Positions 63,654 to 64,000 of a stretch of DNA of 64,000 bases are shown piece by piece. The notes below the pieces were generated by a model. It did no database searches. It was given only the letters and a program-made list of their open reading frames with translations, and was not told where the DNA came from. The DNA is from Octopus sinensis (taxonomy: Eukaryota). A program made the translations under genes and the position numbers. The DNA lies in NCBI RefSeq assembly GCF_006345805.1, contig NC_043003.1, positions 72,912,001 through 72,976,000 on the forward strand, written 5' to 3'. The stretch's first letter is position 1. Every line of letters begins with the position of its first letter.

Positions 63654-64000
63654 TAGTTGGAGAGATACCCGGGGTTGCTCGGGATTAACATGGTATAGTT
63701 TGTATATATATAAATATATATATATTATGTTATGTTGAAACAGGTGATACCAGAAAGTGCAGCATTGATGACAAAATATATGTGGAGTAAATGATAGTCT
63801 AATTGGACTAAATGACATGTAAATCGTTCGTGTGGAGGATTGCATGTTCTAACCTATCATGGAAAATTGGGATAAGGCCGTTATATAATTTTTGAGCTCA
63901 CCGACAAGTTGTCAGTGAACATACTCACCTTTGAGGCGGTCAGCGCTGCGTCTAACATGGCCCATCATATTTTTGACAATCAAATGAATGGAGGTGTAAT

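Overview
AT-rich, repeat-saturated eukaryotic (animal) DNA. The tRNA-headed SINE families and the LINE, Penelope and microsatellite landscape resemble an Octopus/coleoid cephalopod genome (inference from memory of the repeat families, not a search). No host gene is confidently identified, so the window looks intergenic or intronic, and most ORF-track entries are microsatellite translations. The centrepiece (21.0-29.9 kb) is a head-to-tail stack of three L1/Tx1-clade non-LTR retrotransposon segments, each separated by (TATC)n: a 5'-truncated copy, a full-length copy with a broken RRM/CCHC ORF1 and an uninterrupted 1145-aa APE-RT-Zn ORF2, and the 5' head of a diverged relative. This suggests a (TATC)n/(GATA)n-targeting family. 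Also present: several R4/Dong-like RLE LINE fragments, two abutting (TAA)n; at least seven Penelope-like fragments of two types; three hammerhead-ribozyme motifs; an internally deleted Ty3/gypsy element; maT-, mariner- and DD41D-type transposon relics and MITEs; about ten SINE copies; and several fold-back or template-switch palindromes. All coordinates were read by eye, and the ends of degenerate elements are approximate.
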